DNA of 64,000 nucleotides from Blasia pusilla (taxonomy: Eukaryota): contig CM114271.1 of NCBI GenBank assembly GCA_050084515.1, forward strand, positions 33,480,001 through 33,544,000. Reading direction: 5' to 3'. A program made the translations under genes and the position numbers. The notes beneath the pieces were generated by a model. The model searched no databases. It saw nothing but the letters and a program-made list of their open reading frames with translations, and was not told the origin of the DNA. Shown here one piece after another: positions 1 to 13,303 of the stretch (its first letter is position 1; each line of letters opens with the position of its first letter).

Positions 1-50
1 CATGGATAAGACTGACAAAAATCACAATCTAGAGGATTCATAGGGCAAAC

Positions 51-3000
51 CTGTAGTGTGAAAGGGGATGACGTATTTAGTGTACAATCTTCAGAGGGAT
101 TGATCACTTCATCTGGGCACGTAGTTCGCAAACAATGCACACGGGAGGTCCTGAATACCGCATTTGATGAATCATGTGGAGGTAACATAAAAAAACTATT
201 AATATGGAAAAGAAAGAAGCACTGCACCAGGGATGGACTCACTTATGAGAGAATATAAAAATTTCAAACTGCCAACGCCGAAATAATAGAAAGATACCCA
301 TCAAAGTATCTGAACAAGGTTCAGGCACGTATTATACATCACATCATAAGACATTCATGTCATATTCAGGCTGTCTATAGACTATTATCAATGGTGAAGT
401 ACAACTCACTCATCACTTAATGGTGAGTTGTAGTCCAATGGTGCTTGTAGTATTGAGCCAGATCCGACCTACAATGATTGATTAGAACAATCCCCTGTTT
501 AGATAACAGAAGAATTTAAAATTCCAGATTGTTCAACAGGGATGAAAATATGTGGTAGGACTGCAACTGAAATAAAACAAACAGGTTGAAGATCACGTGG
601 CACCAACTGATTTCACGATTATCAGTATCCTTAACTATCAGGACTAAGTACACCAGAGAAGTTGAAGATACATTACATAGAGAGTAAAGAAAAGTGAGAG
701 GAATAGTCGCTCTGCTTCAATGATATCTCCTGTGCCATTCAATCTCAAAAGTCCTTGACCATGCAATCCCAGGTTGGAATTAGACGAAATTACAGAACCC
801 TCCTGAACCAGCAAGGAAAGATACTGCATTAAGTCCAATCAAGGTCATGCTAAGTGCAGTCATATTTGTAAATGAAGAATCATGTGCTGCTTCCCATAAA
901 CATGCAGAGGATGAGAATACATGAACTTCCTGGAAACAGAATGCCAAACTTCTTCCAATCCATTTTTCTCAGGTGGGCCCGAGCCTTACAAGACGGCAGC
1001 TTTACAAGAGTATGGACAACTCATGAAACCACATGGTATTACCCAAAATTATCACTAGTCCCACATCCCATGACAAAAAGTTGTGGCCTGATGCCCTAAG
1101 ACTCTGTAACAGACTTCCAAAGGACTGAAAATTTGCAGAAAACACTCCAATAGGAAACTCAAATTAGATACTGTTAGTTTGGCTTCCTGAAGAACATACT
1201 CTTAATACAGCGATACTGCTGGCCTCCAGCTCTGAAGTGCCCGTCATCGAATCTGAGCCACCCTCAATCTGCAGAATTGAGTTCACCATATACAGCATTT
1301 TCACTTGAAGCTTCAGAGCACCATAGACCTACACACAATTAGGGGACATCCAGAAGTTAAAAGCAGGTAAAGGAGATGTTGTGCATCATTTTTTTACCTA
1401 GTACTACATGCTTAACTAGCACTTACCCGAGATCAGGTAAAAGTGAAAACAGTTCCACCTGATCCCACATTTCTTCAAAATGACGCTATGAGTACGATTG
1501 ACGAGGTTTCAAACTGCTGGTAACAGGTTAAATCCAACAGTGTTAACTTTGGACAAAAGTTGGTTTTGTAAAGAGAGAGAAGAATTACTTTCAGATAGCA
1601 TTACTTGAAAACCTGCTCAAAACTAGATTTTGATTCTCGGATAGAAAGAGACATGACAGGAGGATGTTCTCTCCACAGGATCCAGAATAAATAAATTACA
1701 AAACTTGTGGGCAATTTCTTTTGACAAGGTTCCAGTGGATTCTGTTACTCCTCAAAGCACCACAAAGTACTTAATGCAATTGCTAATGATTCTTCCTTTG
1801 CATCAAGTCTGAACATGAGATGAGGAACTTTGATAAACACATACCATAATAGTTCCGTCAGTCATTAGAACCTCTTCTGCCACCACCTCAAACTCTGAGC
1901 TCGAATAATGAGCCAAGCCAAAGCTTAGTAAGGCACCAGATGCAATTGTTAACTGTCCACGAACCTGAGGACTCCAAATGTATTCTGTTAATCAAACCGA
2001 ACAGGACATGACTGCCATCAACTCTCACTCAACCCAAATCTTATTACAAACAAATTCTGGCTGTTGCACTGAGCAAGTCATCACACTCAGTACAAAAAGC
2101 ACAACCCAACAGTGACAGCTAACCTGCATTCTGCTCCAAAGCAGTGGAACCAAGACTTTGGCTCGCCCTTCCACCTGTACATTTGCCCATAGTGGATGAT
2201 TGGGGAACTCCAGTAAAAGCGTCTCGGTTTGAGTAGACTGATTACTGTTGCTCACTGTCAAGCTCTGGGGAACAATGTCAAACAAAGTTCCTGCTGCACC
2301 AGAATTCTCCGGGCAGGCTATACTATGCCCTCCTGATTGATCATCATAATTCCAGAATTAGAAGCAAGCACCACAGTTCTATCTCTATTCTCCCATATTA
2401 TAATCTGGAAGGCTGCTTAAAACAGATGCTTGGCACTTGCAAAGTAACATAAGTGGAACAACCTGAGCTTTCCACATTCACGGAAAGGTGAAAACATGTG
2501 GTACAAAACAGTTCTGAGCATACATGAGAGTTGCCATAACAGAGAGTGTGAAACAACCTCGCGAAGATGTCTGGACTGCCTCATTCCTGTAAATTTCAGT
2601 CGCCATACGACCACCACCACCACCGGCCCGACCACTGCCTCCGTTAGCACTAATTAGGCCATTTCCCTTTCTGCAATGCACCAGGCATTGGTGAAATCTC
2701 ATAAATTTGTCCCACTACTACAAACCCTGTTTGAGAGCATCAACACCTTTAAGAGCTGAAATGCTGCTAGGGGTAGCTATGATCACTGAAACCCAAAGGA
2801 ATTAATCAATTCCCTAACTTGTGTCCACATCTACACTTCAATTTGGAAAGATGAACTTTGAAGTGTGATGCGCTGAGGTTCTCACAATTCTGTAGCCCTA
2901 ACAATAACACTTCCTCCAGAGCCACCTCCACCAAACTCCCCTCCAGAGCCTCCATCTGCATCGATAGTTCCATACAACTCCAGTACATCCAGTGCGGTGA

Positions 3001-3748
3001 GACTGAGTCGCCCTCCACCACCACCTCCATAGTCCTCTTTCTTGCTGGTGGACCCACCACGACTCCCAAAACTCCAAGGTCTCGAAAGAGAAGACCAGGC
3101 ATAGACATCCCCACCCCATACATCTTCCTGTAATTTCCCACCCTCTTCAACACAACAAGCTCCTCTGCCTCCATGGCCACCCCCTGCTCCATCAAACCCA
3201 ACCGGAATACCACTAGTCTGGGTTGGTGGACTTCCTCCCAATGCTCTGCCACTAAATGAGGAATTTTTAGCTCCACTGACATTCTGTGCTTTGATCACCA
3301 ACGTCCCACTAATAATTGAAGCATTTTCATTGAGGACAAGATTTCCAGCTAGTGCAATGGTGATGTTGCAGCCAGGAATCAGGCAGCCTAGAATCACATT
3401 AGGGAGTATTTCCAAGGATCCTTCACCAGCAATAATTGCATCTTCCTCCAGGAAAAACGTTTCATTGAGAGTGCAAACAGTTTTCAGAGACCCACTTCCC
3501 CGTAAGTCTGGTTCACAAGAAAGGGACTGATTCACAAGGTCTTGTGGTCGACACTGGGGATCATTGTCATTTAGGTCACACGGTCCGTCTTTTCTGGCAA
3601 ACAGAGAACCTGGGCTGAGTTGCGAGAAATGGTTCCACAACTCCAGAGAATCTTGGACAGGATTACAAGGTACAAGAGGAACAAGAGATAGGACCAAAAG
3701 TAGAAGTAATCTTGAAGAAGATCCACGCAAATAGTGGGGTGGACCCAT
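51..3748 (-). CDS. Large glycine-rich plant protein with N-terminal signal peptide (family of Arabidopsis At4g32920/At5g11700-type 'glycine-rich/ephrin receptor-like' uncharacterised proteins); 5' part only, gene continues beyond the left edge
   Basis: Manually spliced GT-AG exons that stay in frame: 2886-3748, 2558-2670, 2124-2332, 1845-1964, 1200-1328, 677-802, 410-468, 51-150. Hydrophobic leader RLLLLLVLSLVPLVPC; motifs GAGGGHGGRGACC, WGGDVYAWSSLSRPWSFGSRGG, GGGGSGGS, CPENSGAAGT, EFPNHPLWANV, SNSNLGLHGQGLLRLNG, PSEDCTLNTSSPFTLQ. Family assignment is from recall, not a search. Confidence 0.88.
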
Positions 3749-6700
3749 GTTGCAGCTCCACCCTCATAGTCAAAATTGCAGGGGATGCTCCCACAACTAT
3801 GTTCTGTCCCAACTAGCTCTCTCTACTCATCTCTCCACCTTAACTCACTCCCAAAAAAACTTTTTGAATCTCAAAACTTAACTACAACTCTCCACCAGAC
3901 ATCACCAAAATCATCCAGTTGGGGTAGCTCAAGGACAATGGCTTGTGAGGGATGCAGGACTCGCTATTGAAGTCTTCACACTCCTCCCCGAATGTGAAGT
4001 TTTTCTCTTAAGAAATTGCCATCAGTGATGGTTGCTGGTACAAGGAAGCCTATAAATGTGAGCAACGGCCGCCAAGGCAAGGATCCGAATTACTTTCAAC
4101 TGTAGCCACTCATCAATGTGCAAACCGAAATGATGACCACTTCTTACTGGCAGCTTCCATGTCATAGATACGTCAAAGAGGTTGCCCGTACAAAAGGCTT
4201 CTCCCTTGCAAATTCCACATGTCTCCTACAATTTCTGGGGACTAGAGTCATCGAATTCGCCCGTCCTGTTCCATACCTACGAAAAGAACTAAAGAGGGGT
4301 CAGTTCGGAAAAAACTTGAAAATTCATTCTCCCTTTACAGTCATTAGATGTCTACGCAATGATGGGGTAGTCTCGCAAGAGTTAGCACTTGGAGCACTGT
4401 GAGAAACACAGATTACAAGTACACATTCTAAGGCTACAAGCGATTCTAGAACCTCCACGGTTACAAGATGTACATTAGTTTAAGTCCAGAAGAAAAAGCA
4501 GCAGATGGAAGAACGACTGAGATCAAAGGTAGCCATCCTCAATTTCTTGAACAAAGTACCAAATTCGTTTAATCTCGGCGGCAGATCAGAAATGAAATTA
4601 ACCCTTCGGCCTGATTATGGCTGGAGGTATAAGTACGAAGTTTTGAAACTTGCGGGTGGAGGAAAATGCCGTAGTTCAAGAACCTAATTGCTTAAGCAGC
4701 GTAACCTTTTCGCGAGACCAAACGACGTGAGCCGAGGAAGTTCAATATGAAATCGAAGGTATGAAAGCCGAGTGAGGCAGATTCCTATGTCTATCTCACT
4801 AACACTATTCTGGGGATAGGAACGGTCACCAGATCAGTTGAACTTTCTTCCACATATTTTAGACGTGAATCAGGTTCCTTGGAACATTAAATAACGAAAG
4901 CTCAAAATCAGATAGAGCAGGAGAGTGAGACCACTTAACGCTCGCCTGTAATATCCAAATCAGAGCTACTCCAACAAACCCTAATTAAACTCTATTCCTA
5001 CCCAACTTTACTCTAAGATCAAGATACTCGAGATTTCTGATACCTTTCAATTTGGCAGGGCCATCATGTGAAAATAGGTTTTGGAATTAACGTCCGAATG
5101 CAACCACTCGCATGGGCGATCAGTGTTGTCTTGTACTTCCAACGCGTACAATTTTCAGCTTTCACCAGAACAAGATCCCAAATCACAAACGTTCGCCTTG
5201 GGCACCGAAGGCGATTATGGAATCATGGCAGCTGCCAAAATCTATCAAGAATGAAAAATTATACGCCTCGTTCACAAGACTCTAGCACTCCGCTTGGCCA
5301 GTCGAGATAGAATAGAGAGTCGGAATGCTCAAGGGTCGAGGCCCCGCGCGCTCGCTAACGCTGTGAAATCGAGAAAAATCTCCATTGGATAGGAATCAAG
5401 CAAAAATCGGAGGCGTAAGCAACAAATTCTCCACGGGCATGCAAAGGTTCCGTCTCCCTGGCAGGAGTCGCAGAAGATCTGAACTCATCAGAATGTCAAA
5501 AAATTACAGCACAGTTTCGTACCAAGAATCAGCAGACCTTAAGTGAAAATTGAACCGCTATCACACGTGAATCCGTTCACTTTGACTCCTGCCAAGACCC
5601 GAAAGACCTCAAGAGCCAGGATTAGCTGTGTCCACGAACACGGTCTTACAACTAGGCCCGAACGTACCGTATAAACTGAGCCGAAGCTAGCCTGGGCGTG
5701 ATGCACACATCGGAGACTTCGGAATTGATACTACGCGTTCTCGACCAAAAACTCCACTGATCGTTACGCTGTTTCGTCCCTTCAAGCCCAGCCCGACCGA
5801 GCCAGTCCGGACACCACCACCTCCGTCTAACGTATCACAACCTCTTGGTGATCCTACGACCACTGATCCCAAAATTCATCCTCGCATCACAATTTGCCCT
5901 CTCCCGAACGTTTCACCCACTCCTGATAGCAGGGGTACACCGATCCGCAACAAGCTCATGTCAGTCCGCAGTTCGTAGTTCGCTGCGGCAGCGCCTCCCG
6001 TCCAATTTCCCACTCACATGCTCTCTCTCCAGCGAAGACGGCGATGTGCTCCATTCACCATCTACTCTATCTAGAGTACACAGCCAAACTTCCCAGCGAC
6101 CCCACCAACGCCGAAGTCGTCAGCGAAGGGAACCCACAAGTAACTTAACGACGACACTTCCTCATCACCAACAACCCTCCTTCCTCTCTCCCTCCATCCA
6201 GATCCCACCACATTCAAAATTGTTACGGCACTCGCAGTAACTCTCTTTCTTCTGTCCTCCCCACTCCACTCCTTTCGTTCAACCCCCGCCAAAAACCCTA
6301 AAGCCGAGACTTACCCCACGGAGAATTGCGATACTGCATTACATCCTACCAACCACAGTGCAAGGGCTGCCTATGCATGCGTATCGGGCCCCAACCCAAC
6401 GGAAGCATCCGCCAGGTCGGACGGACGGAAGTATATGTTTGCATCCCTTACCATGCATGCGTATGTATGGTCGATTGTTGAGCTTCGTACTCGGGCCCCA
6501 ACCGGGACGCCCGCCGAACGGAGGGGGGGGAAACCATGTAGTTAAGCCGTGCCAGCGTATTCTCCCGGTCCCGGTACTAGACAGGTTGCACCAACAAGCT
6601 GGCTCTGACGCCAATCGGGGACTTCCGCGCGTTGGCTGGGAAGCTGAAATAAAATTTCGAAAATATTATGCATTTGTGGAATGGGCCCCGTACAGTGCCA

Positions 6701-9700
6701 CCTGGACTATACCATACGTGGCGCGGCGTAGTGGTGGCGTTAGATTGGCTACGAGAGCTTTGTGCGATCGTCGCATGTGGCCCTCGGCGGTTGGTTTGCC
6801 TGGACGCATGGCACGCTCCAATTCGCTGTCGACGCATCGATATGCTTGAACTGTCACGGCGTGACGGATCGAGTGTACTCACAAATACCATTCATAAAAC
6901 TCAGTCCCACGACAGGCGACGGCACTCTTGGCCAATAAACGGTAGGCATCACTGTTGGTAACTTCAAGCGATAATAATAAAACTCAAATCATAAAGAATA
7001 GACGAGGTAGAATTCGTCGAGAATAAAACTTTTACGATAAAATAAACTAAACACTCGTCACGCACATAAACCCAACCAAATGGTGGAACCAATTTTAATT
7101 AAAAGTAAATATAGTTAGAATAAAAAGGGATGGAAAAACTTATCAAAAGGAGAACTCAAGGAATCAATGAATGACGAGATCACAAACCCTCCTAGGGAGA
7201 ATAAAAAGGGAACCCTATAATCTGATTTCAGAAACTACCAAAATAACGTCAACAAGAATTTTGGAAACCTTTTTTTTTAAGAGGTTTCCAAGCGTGGCGT
7301 CAAAAGGAAGGCCTCTTAAGTGGGAAGGTAAAGAAAGCCATCTTACAAAATTTGGATAAATGATTTTTATAAATGGAAGTAGAAAGCCAGTATGTGGCCC
7401 TGGTTTTTAAAAATTTTGGATGAATGATTTTTATAAATGGAGGTAGAAAACCACTATGCGGCCCTGGTTTTGAGTTATATAACGGTGTTCGGAGGATTGG
7501 AAGACACAAATACACTCGGAAACTAACAAAATCGGGAGTAACACGGCACGCCGCATGTTTGGAGGCTCCACTTGAGACCTGGGAAATCCAAATATGAATC
7601 TATATATGAGAAGAAAGTAACTAACATATAGGTGGATAGTCTAGATAGCCTTAAGAAAATAACGAGAACTTGGAGGGGCGATAATAAGTAACATGTACAT
7701 AGTTTAGATGGCTAGGAACAACTTGTAGAGGCCAGTTCAGAGAACACGACAGTCGGAAGTAACACGACGTGGAAGTCTATTCTATTTCGTATTAACGAGA
7801 TAATTAATATTTTCACGGTGGAGTTCACATCCATTGACCCTGCAGAATAACTTGCATTCTGCAGGATCTGCACACAGAGTCGACTACCGTAGGGGCCATA
7901 ACAAGCAAAATAGTGGTATAATGGTGGTCTAAATTATAAGTTTCGAGTATGACTTATATCTCTTTTTTTTATCTATGATTATCATTTTTATCATCATACT
8001 CGTAAGAAATGCTCATAAGATGCATCTAAATTTTACAATCACAATGATTAAAAATATTATCATATTTATTTTTAATTCCATTTCTTATAATCCAAATATT
8101 TTGTACGTCACACAATTGTTTGAGTCTATTACTTTTGTATCTTGTTGAATTGATTTTTATGTTGGCATGTTATCATTTTCTTTTCATATTCTATCATGCA
8201 TTTTATGTATTTCCTAACTCATACCCTTCTTTTGAATTTTTTTTGTAATAAAATAGATATTTATGAAATAGAAGACAAGTGTGGATGGATAAGAAGAGAC
8301 TAGTATCTCATCGCCTCATATAAGCATCCCTTTTGGTGAAATGCGAGTGGGTGGTATGGTGTGGGCGGGCCAACCGGTGATGAGGCGTGCTCATATGCAA
8401 TTGAAGCTAAGCATTGTACATCTGTTTGAGACCATGAGGAAATAAAATGCAAGATTCTCATAAGCGGAATCGGAGAGAGGGAGGGATTCAATATGTGCAC
8501 ATATATGGGAGAAGGATAAGGATTCGAGATGTCTATGATGTAGTTGGATGAATTCTACCAACAATATCCCTCAACACTGAATTCCAATCACCATAGTGCT
8601 GGTCTGAAAAAATCACAATGGAGATGTCAAGCCATCGTAACGCCTCCGCTTAGAAATTTGCATGCCACATATTCTTTCCTTATGAAATTGTGGTGATCCA
8701 ATCAGAGTTGTTAACATCCACTTAAATTTTCCAACCTTCACCCTCTTGTCACACACACTACACTCTATCATTGAGTTTGGTGTTTATGATGTCCCTACAC
8801 TTGCCCTTCGCAAGCCTAGAGTCCTATAGTTTGCTGCACACATGACACACTTGAGTCAACCATCCATCCCATTTTCAAATCTTACAGACTTGCATATCGA
8901 TGTCAAGTCACTTACAAGTTACACTATCTTATTGAAGCTACGAGGAAGCAATTGTCTCTAAACGTGGCTTGGTATTACCTGTGCCCTTTGTCATTTGCAC
9001 TCCTTGAGTTGGTCCTAGCCCCAACCATTGGTTTTTTCCATACGTGTCTAGAGTGCTATTATCGAGTCCATAAAGGGCATGGCTACTTCCAAACCAATCT
9101 TGACTATTTGGCATCGCATGATAGGGTCCCTAGCTGTAATTAGAGAATCCATCTTGCACAAAATCTACACATGACACATATGTCATAGTAGTGCACATAC
9201 ACATTAGAGTATTCTTGGTCTCTTGCCAAAAATTGACGGGATAGCTTTTTCTGTTCATTCCCCTCAACTACTAAAATAAAACTCTCAATAAATCAATCAT
9301 TGGTGTCCGTATTGTGAAATGCATAAGCATATGAGACGGCGACTGGAGAAGCTAGCAAGTCCTTGTAATAGATCATACTAGTTCCATGGGTGTGAATGAA
9401 TGTCGTGTGTATAGTATGCCTAACTCAGATTTTCATTTGTCCATAAGCTTAATCATGGATCGCTCCAGACCCTCTCCAAGAGTACAGACTTCATTCGTGC
9501 TTGAGCATCTCCCCTTCTGATGTCGTAAGTGGTAGAAGTGATACTCATGAATATTGGGAGACTGACAACTCCCAAATGTTCTAGTTTGATTCCTAGCTCC
9601 CTCATCTAGATGATTCAGAGTTGATCAAGCACAGACCAAGTCTACCATGATTGCTAACATCCACAACTTCAACACCATACTAGTTTTAGAGCTCCTTTCA

Positions 9701-9849
9701 TACTTCGATAGGCTATGGTTGGATTGGATCCCGATCAAGAATGGTGGATTTCGCCCTCTACGTACACATATAGAGAAGAAGGCAAATCAATGGGGTTTTG
9801 TGACCTTCTAGACAGAGAGCTAAGGAAAACTTCCACTAGTCTTGTCAAC

Positions 9850-9851
<2 letters not shown>

Positions 9852-9899
<48 letters not shown>
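9852..9899 (+). repeat. (GA)24 microsatellite
   Basis: Uninterrupted GA dinucleotide run seen directly. Confidence 0.95.
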
Positions 9900-9901
<2 letters not shown>

Positions 9902-11401
9902 CAATGACTTATGGAGTGGTGATGCCTTTTCATTACACTCTTCAACATGCATATGATGAAAGCAAAAATAGTCTAATAGACAAGAAAACATTCATCACGG
10001 TAGTGAAGTTGACACGTAGAGAAGTGGGGGAGCGGAATGAGTGGTAACGGTGATTGGAAGGACGTATCCATGATAAATTTGAAAGTTTTTGGATATATTT
10101 CCCTTACGAGTGAGTCGCGCTAAAGACTAGACTCCACGATTAGGGTGTATAGATTCTTGGGAAAACTTCGAGAGCAAGTTAAAAAAAATGGATATAAAAT
10201 TTAAATTGAATCTTAGTGGCACAAATCGATCATGTAGAGTAATGAGGATGAAGAATATCACTAAGCAAAACTTGTCAAAAATGTGGAGTCACTTGCCATT
10301 ACATTAATATATATCTCTCTTTCTGTTAGTTTTCTACAAGTTAGTTTCTACAAGTTTTCTCCACTACTCTGCTCGCCATGTCAACATTTTCATTTCAATC
10401 TATTGGAGTTGGATTATGTCAAAGGATCTAGAGGTCTTCATCAAGAATAAGCTCTGGAGAAAGATAGTGTAGGAGCTCGATGTTGAAACTTGTTAGCTCC
10501 ATTTTTTACAAAATGAATTCAGCTCAATTACATAGGTTTACCATGAGGAAAAATTATCCACTTTCGAGCGCTTTATGAAGCTTTTAATGAAAGTGTTCCA
10601 ATTACATACTTATGCTTTCTGGACAAGTCTTCCAAGAGTGACAAAAATAACGTCTTTGGGCTCCAACCAAGATTGGAAAAATAACGTCTTTGAGAGTTGA
10701 GAGAGATGAGGCCCATGGATTGGAAGAGAGAGAGAGAGAGAGAGAGGTTCTTAACCTCTTCCATGACGCCCAGACTTGCAGGCTGAAGCCGCCCACTTCC
10801 TATCCTTCCCACCAATGTGATCAATCTCAATGCGCTCCAAACCCACTACATGGGAAATATAAATCCTCGTGCACAAACTATGCTTGGAGATTATCAAGCA
10901 GAATCTGACAACCGATGAAACAAAGCAAAGAAAAAGCTAAATGCCCTAAATGCCCACTCATGGCAAGTGCAGAGAAGAGAAGCACGTTTGCGACATGAAT
11001 GTAGGCTCAAACGAGGACGACGTTGAGCTAAGCGCGTGAATTCTTTATTAAAAAATGGAAGACATGGCCTTTAAGTCCAATACACTAAACCCATGCCGTT
11101 CCTCTAAAAACAACCTTACTGCCCTATACCCCAAATCTCTAATAATCCCTCCCTAAAGAATAAGATTACAAGGTTTACTTACTTAAGTAGTGTTTCATTA
11201 GCTTCCACTTATATAAGTTGCTCCTACTTTCATCCATTCACCCTATATCCAAAAATGTAGCATGTAACATATACTTCTAGAAAAAATAATACAAATATGG
11301 GTTTTTGTTCGAAGTCTAAAACCCTTCCGTGATTGCGAATTGGTATTGGAAATAAGTAATGGTTGCCACCCCGATCCTAATCCCCTCCCCTCTCTAAGTT
11401 T

Positions 11402-11549
11402 ACACTAGTCACTAATTGTGACTAAACCATCTTGTGAGTAATTGCTGAGTCAATTGATTGGTTCCACATTAACTTACTGTAATTCAAATGACTCTTAGAA
11501 ACACCAGTCACAAACATATGGGTTTAAAATGGCCTTTTTCCTACTAATG
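11402..11549 (-). mobile_element. Possible eroded terminus of a CACTA/EnSpm DNA transposon
   Basis: Minus strand reads CATTAGTAGGAAAAAGGCC (close to a CACTAGTAGxAAAA terminus); nearby short inverted subterminal-like motifs GTCACTAA/GTGACTAA. No partner end found. Confidence 0.25.
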
Positions 11550-12381
11550 ACACCATCTACAATAAAAACGGGCCGCGAGCTATAATACGCACAAATCCAC
11601 TCACTTGACATCTTAGAGTTACAACTCAAATGCATTCTTTGGGACGCACACCAAAAAAATGTAGCCAAAATATGTTAATAACAGCAAATACTGCAACTGA
11701 AGAGATGTTTGTAGAAGGGCGAGAGCATTTTCAAATAGGTGGATGTACAAACAAAGGAAAACAGTGCCATATAGGGACAAGCGGATAGGGAGAGCTAGAG
11801 TAATGATGACAACGGGGAAGAAGCAGTATTTCAAGATAATAGCATTTGCAAATAGGAGGATGTAGAGAGGAAGGAAAATGCTACCATATAGAGATAGGGA
11901 AAGTCGTGGCAATGATGATGGTAAGGAGGAAGCACTATTTTCAGGGAGAGGGAAAGTGACATAGGCACCAATGGGTCCTACATCAGAGCAAAGGCATGGT
12001 AAGAGGAGAGGAAGAGAGGAGAGAGGAGGAAGGAAGAGATGAGAGAGGAAACTACCTCCAACCCAAAGAGATACTTTTTTTTAAGAGAGTTTCTTGTGAT
12101 TTGAAGAGAGGAAGGTTTTTTTTGTGAACATTTTTGCAATTTTGTTCTATGTGCTTAGTCACTCCTACAAATTGGTTTTTCCTCTTCCATATTCTGGCAA
12201 CCCGTCTGAATCCGACGGGTTGCAACTTGCACAAAAAAAAAAAAATTTTGAAAAATCCTTGGGATCACAAATGTGGAACAAATTGTATTTTCCATCCAAG
12301 GTCTGAAAAAAATCCATCATCTTCCCTTAGCTGAATAGAGCTCAAGCTCATAGTGAACATTCTGGAAATTCAAAGTAAAAT

Positions 12382-12708
12382 CTAAGACCTCATTTTGCAT
12401 CCCACAAGTGGTTTGTTTAAAATAATTCGCACTTCTTTGAGGGATAAAATTGGTTGGTGGATTTCTACTCCTACCTCCGACTCTCTTAAAACTACAAGCA
12501 ACAAATAGTACATATTCTTACAAGGGAAATACATTTTCCCACTTGTCCCTCTTTTGACAAAGTCATCATAGGAAGATGAGCAAAAGCAACAGATATGTAC
12601 CACATACATCCATGTCACACTTGAATTCACACCAATGTTGTTCGTGACCCAATACATCCTTCCTATTCCATTGCCACTATGAACGTCTTTTGTAGCAATG
12701 ATTTCCAT
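12382..12708 (-). pseudogene. Degenerate SWIM-type zinc-finger fragment, probably transposon-derived
   Basis: ORF contains C-F-C-S-S-S-Y-D-D-F...GKMYFPCKNMYYLL...IHQPILS, resembling the SWIM CxC...CxH signature with the His lost; lies immediately left of element 1. Confidence 0.3.
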
Positions 12709-12783
12709 GTTGGCCTCCTGAGCTCATGCGATTCGCAATGCTCTCTCCACCATTGGCCTACACATTCTGTTTCTCTTCACCCG

Positions 12784-13303
12784 TCTCACGATTGTTAGGA
12801 TAGATGGGTGGGATCTAGCAGAGCATCTTCATGAGTAGTGGAAGACAGGCCTAGGAGGTTGAGGATGACGTATTGAGGCCCCGGGAAACTTGAGAGAGCA
12901 GGTTTTCCCTTCACTTCGGCTCATTTGGAGCCATATAGAGAAACTTACTATTTTGGGTAAGTTTCCATATTAGGGATGGTTGACTTTCCAATTTTGGAAG
13001 TGGCCCTTGACCCTCTACAGCAGGTCAAGAGCCAAGGAGGTGACCTACGAGCATAGGTTATCGTTGAGCGGGCTTGGGAGAGGCAAGGGGGTATATCTCC
13101 AAGAGAGAGAGAGAGAGAGCTTGAGAGCTCATTCTCTCTTTGTTGAACCTCTTGGCATAAGGCGGCGGAGCTATGGTCCCTTGCCTTGTGAGTGTAACCC
13201 AAGCCTCTCATTAGAAGAGTGGTTTTGGTTTGACATGAGAGAGAGTGCACACCTTTGAGAGCTATGGTGTGAGATGGTGTAGAGAGAGATTGGATCTTAC
13301 TTT
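12784..13303 (+). repeat. Terminal repeat A1 of element 1 (LTR-like)
   Basis: Direct repeat of 22187-22697; homologous in reverse complement to 25637-26149 and 30334-30845; TATA-like GTATAT at ~13091. Confidence 0.9.

Noticed and set aside
5068-6961. Cluster of 60-160 aa ORFs upstream of the glycine-rich gene
   Set aside because: No recognisable domains and overlapping on both strands; more likely 5' UTR, intron and promoter of the minus-strand gene.
8300-10900. Faint retroelement-like peptides (e.g. WCPYCEMHKH near 9300)
   Set aside because: Too degenerate to assign without a search.
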